From an uncultured Deinococcaceae bacterium (GTDB lineage Bacteria; Deinococcota; Deinococci; Deinococcales; Deinococcaceae): a stretch of DNA of 25,254 nt. Below the pieces are notes generated by a model that worked only from the letters and a program-made list of their open reading frames with translations, did not search any database and had not been told where the DNA came from. The stretch covers positions 1 through 25,254 of the forward strand of contig CAXULY010000063.1 of NCBI GenBank assembly GCA_964252075.1. The letters are read 5' to 3'. Below are positions 23,823-25,254 of the stretch, piece after piece. How positions within the stretch are numbered: position 1 is the first letter of the stretch; each line of letters starts with the position of its first letter. The position numbers and the translations under genes are program-made.

Positions 23823-24949
23823 CTTGGCAGCATAGGGCCTCCGGTGACCCCCTCAGGCACGGTGGTCCTTCACCCGACGCCGACGTTCACGCGCGCAAGA
23901 AACGCAGCGCGCCAGCAGGCACCCAACAAAAACGCGCCCTCACCCGCTGCAGAAGCAGGGGCGGGGGCGCTGCGGTGTTGCTGATGACGCGCGAAGTCAG
24001 CCTCCAAGCGCAGCAGGCTTGTCATGCAGAGCGGAACACGCCCTCCTGCAGCCACTTGTGCCAGCCGCACCCGAAGTCGCTATGCTGCATGACGAGTCTG
24101 GGAGAGAGGTCAGGTCGCCGCCCTCGGCGCTGCCACGGACCACCGCGGGCAGGGCCTGCCACACCTGCCCGCACGGGCAGCGAATGACATGCGTGCCCGC
24201 TTCGTTGGGTTGAATGGTGCCACGCGGCGCGTTCTCCGCGAAGGGATGCCCGACGGTCATCCGCACGCCAGGCACGCCTCGAACCGTGCGGTGTAGGGTC
24301 CGAGGCCGTCGCGGGTGCACCGCCCTGACCGCAGGAAACTGCACACCGCGCTGCACGCCGTTTTTCGCCCGTTGAGGTCCGCTGACGTTTCGTGCGTCAG
24401 GGGTGTTTCCTCCTCAAGGTCTGCTGAGGGTGCTCCGCGTCGGGTCGTGGTCAGGGTCGGTCAACGTGCGCCATGGGTGAAGCGGGCCAGACGCTCCTCT
24501 GGCCCGCTTCGATGGCGCTCGACGCGGTCGTCCCACAGCGGAGCGCCGGCGGACAAGATACAGCACAGCGGGCGGAAACCGCCCGCGAGGTCCACGCACC
24601 ATGGACCGCCCTCGCTGTCCGCCTGTCAGGTCCTGACACAGAAAAAGGGCGGGCTGATGGGGGCCCGCCCTGCGCTCAACCCCAAGTGCGGGAGCATCGC
24701 GGGAAGGGAGCTCAACTCTCCCCGCCCACGGAGGCTACCGTGCGCGCCGCGCTGCGTTGTGAACCCGGCGTTACGGATGAGCGGGCCGATTCCTTATGGA
24801 TCGGCCCGCTTGGCGCTCGACACCTGAACCCCCCAGGCGGAGCGACGCGTCCAACAGACCCGAAAGCGGGCGGACACCAGAGGGGAGCCGCCCACGCGGT
24901 CCGCGCACACACGGACCACCTCCACTGTACGCCGATCAGACGCGGGCCC

Positions 24950-25038
24950 AAAAAAGGGGCGGGCCACCTCTCCGTGGCTCGCCCCGCGCTCAACCCATGT
25001 GACCGGGGAACGCCGCGGGGAGGATGTGGACGCTCCCC
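24950..25038 (-). ncRNA. putative three-hairpin small RNA (type A)
   Basis: -10 TAGTCT at 25052-25047. TGTGA at 25090. Terminator with U6. Confidence 0.6.
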
Positions 25039-25159
25039 GTTTCCCGAGACTAAGGCACGCTCGGTGCCACGTCACGGCCCTCCTTGCTTTGTGAGGGCTG
25101 CGTAACGGCCGATGGGGCGACCACCCACACCGAACCGGACGCTGATCCGCTGCAGACTC

Positions 25160-25249
25160 AAAAAAGGGCGGGCCGTCTCGCCGCGGCCCGCCCCTGCGCT
25201 CAACCCGTATGACTGGGGAACGCGGCGGGAAGGGAACTCGGTTCTCCCC
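25160..25249 (-). ncRNA. putative three-hairpin small RNA (type A); promoter lies beyond the window
   Basis: Nearly identical to 18341-18431 at the 5' hairpin (GGGGAGAACCGAGUUCCCUUCCC). Confidence 0.55.
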
Positions 25250-25254
25250 GGACC

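Larger units (their letters stand above)
24479..25254 (-). repeat. array 2 of structured non-coding units (B, A, B, A, A; runs off the window edge)
   Basis: Same cores as array 1. 24479-24723 is co-linear with 18168-18431. Confidence 0.85.

Noticed and set aside
23997..24260. Possible small protein with a CPCG motif (minus strand)
   Set aside because: No clear start signal and a low-complexity tail, so support is insufficient.

Overview
GC-rich (roughly 70% by eye) accessory DNA, most likely from a Deinococcus-type plasmid or megaplasmid. That assignment is inferred from a short ParA with a small partner gene, many leaderless TANNNT-N5-7-start promoters, and GAF/HisKA kinases. Left to right, the window holds: (1) three small-gene cassettes sharing a fixed-length upstream motif; (2) a type Ib-like partition locus; (3) a four-gene operon of small protein, SRAP, unknown protein and NucS; (4) a divergent regulon whose three sigma70 promoters share one operator, with an RHH-like gene and an unannotated 42-aa membrane peptide; (5) a DUF4160/DUF2442-HTH toxin-antitoxin-like pair; (6) a response regulator; (7) a decayed second SRAP operon, interrupted by an 826-bp non-autonomous Tn3-like cassette carrying a cation-efflux gene; (8) two GAF histidine kinases, a collagen-like remnant and a subtilase lipoprotein. 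The most novel signal is two arrays (about 17.85-18.7 kb and 24.48 kb to the window end) holding at least 9 copies of a structured non-coding unit on the minus strand. All copies share a bulged stem and a terminator-like hairpin, with compensatory changes in the stem. Most type A copies also have their own -10 box and a CRP-like TGTGA site at fixed spacing. All family calls come from motif recognition by eye; no database searches were run.
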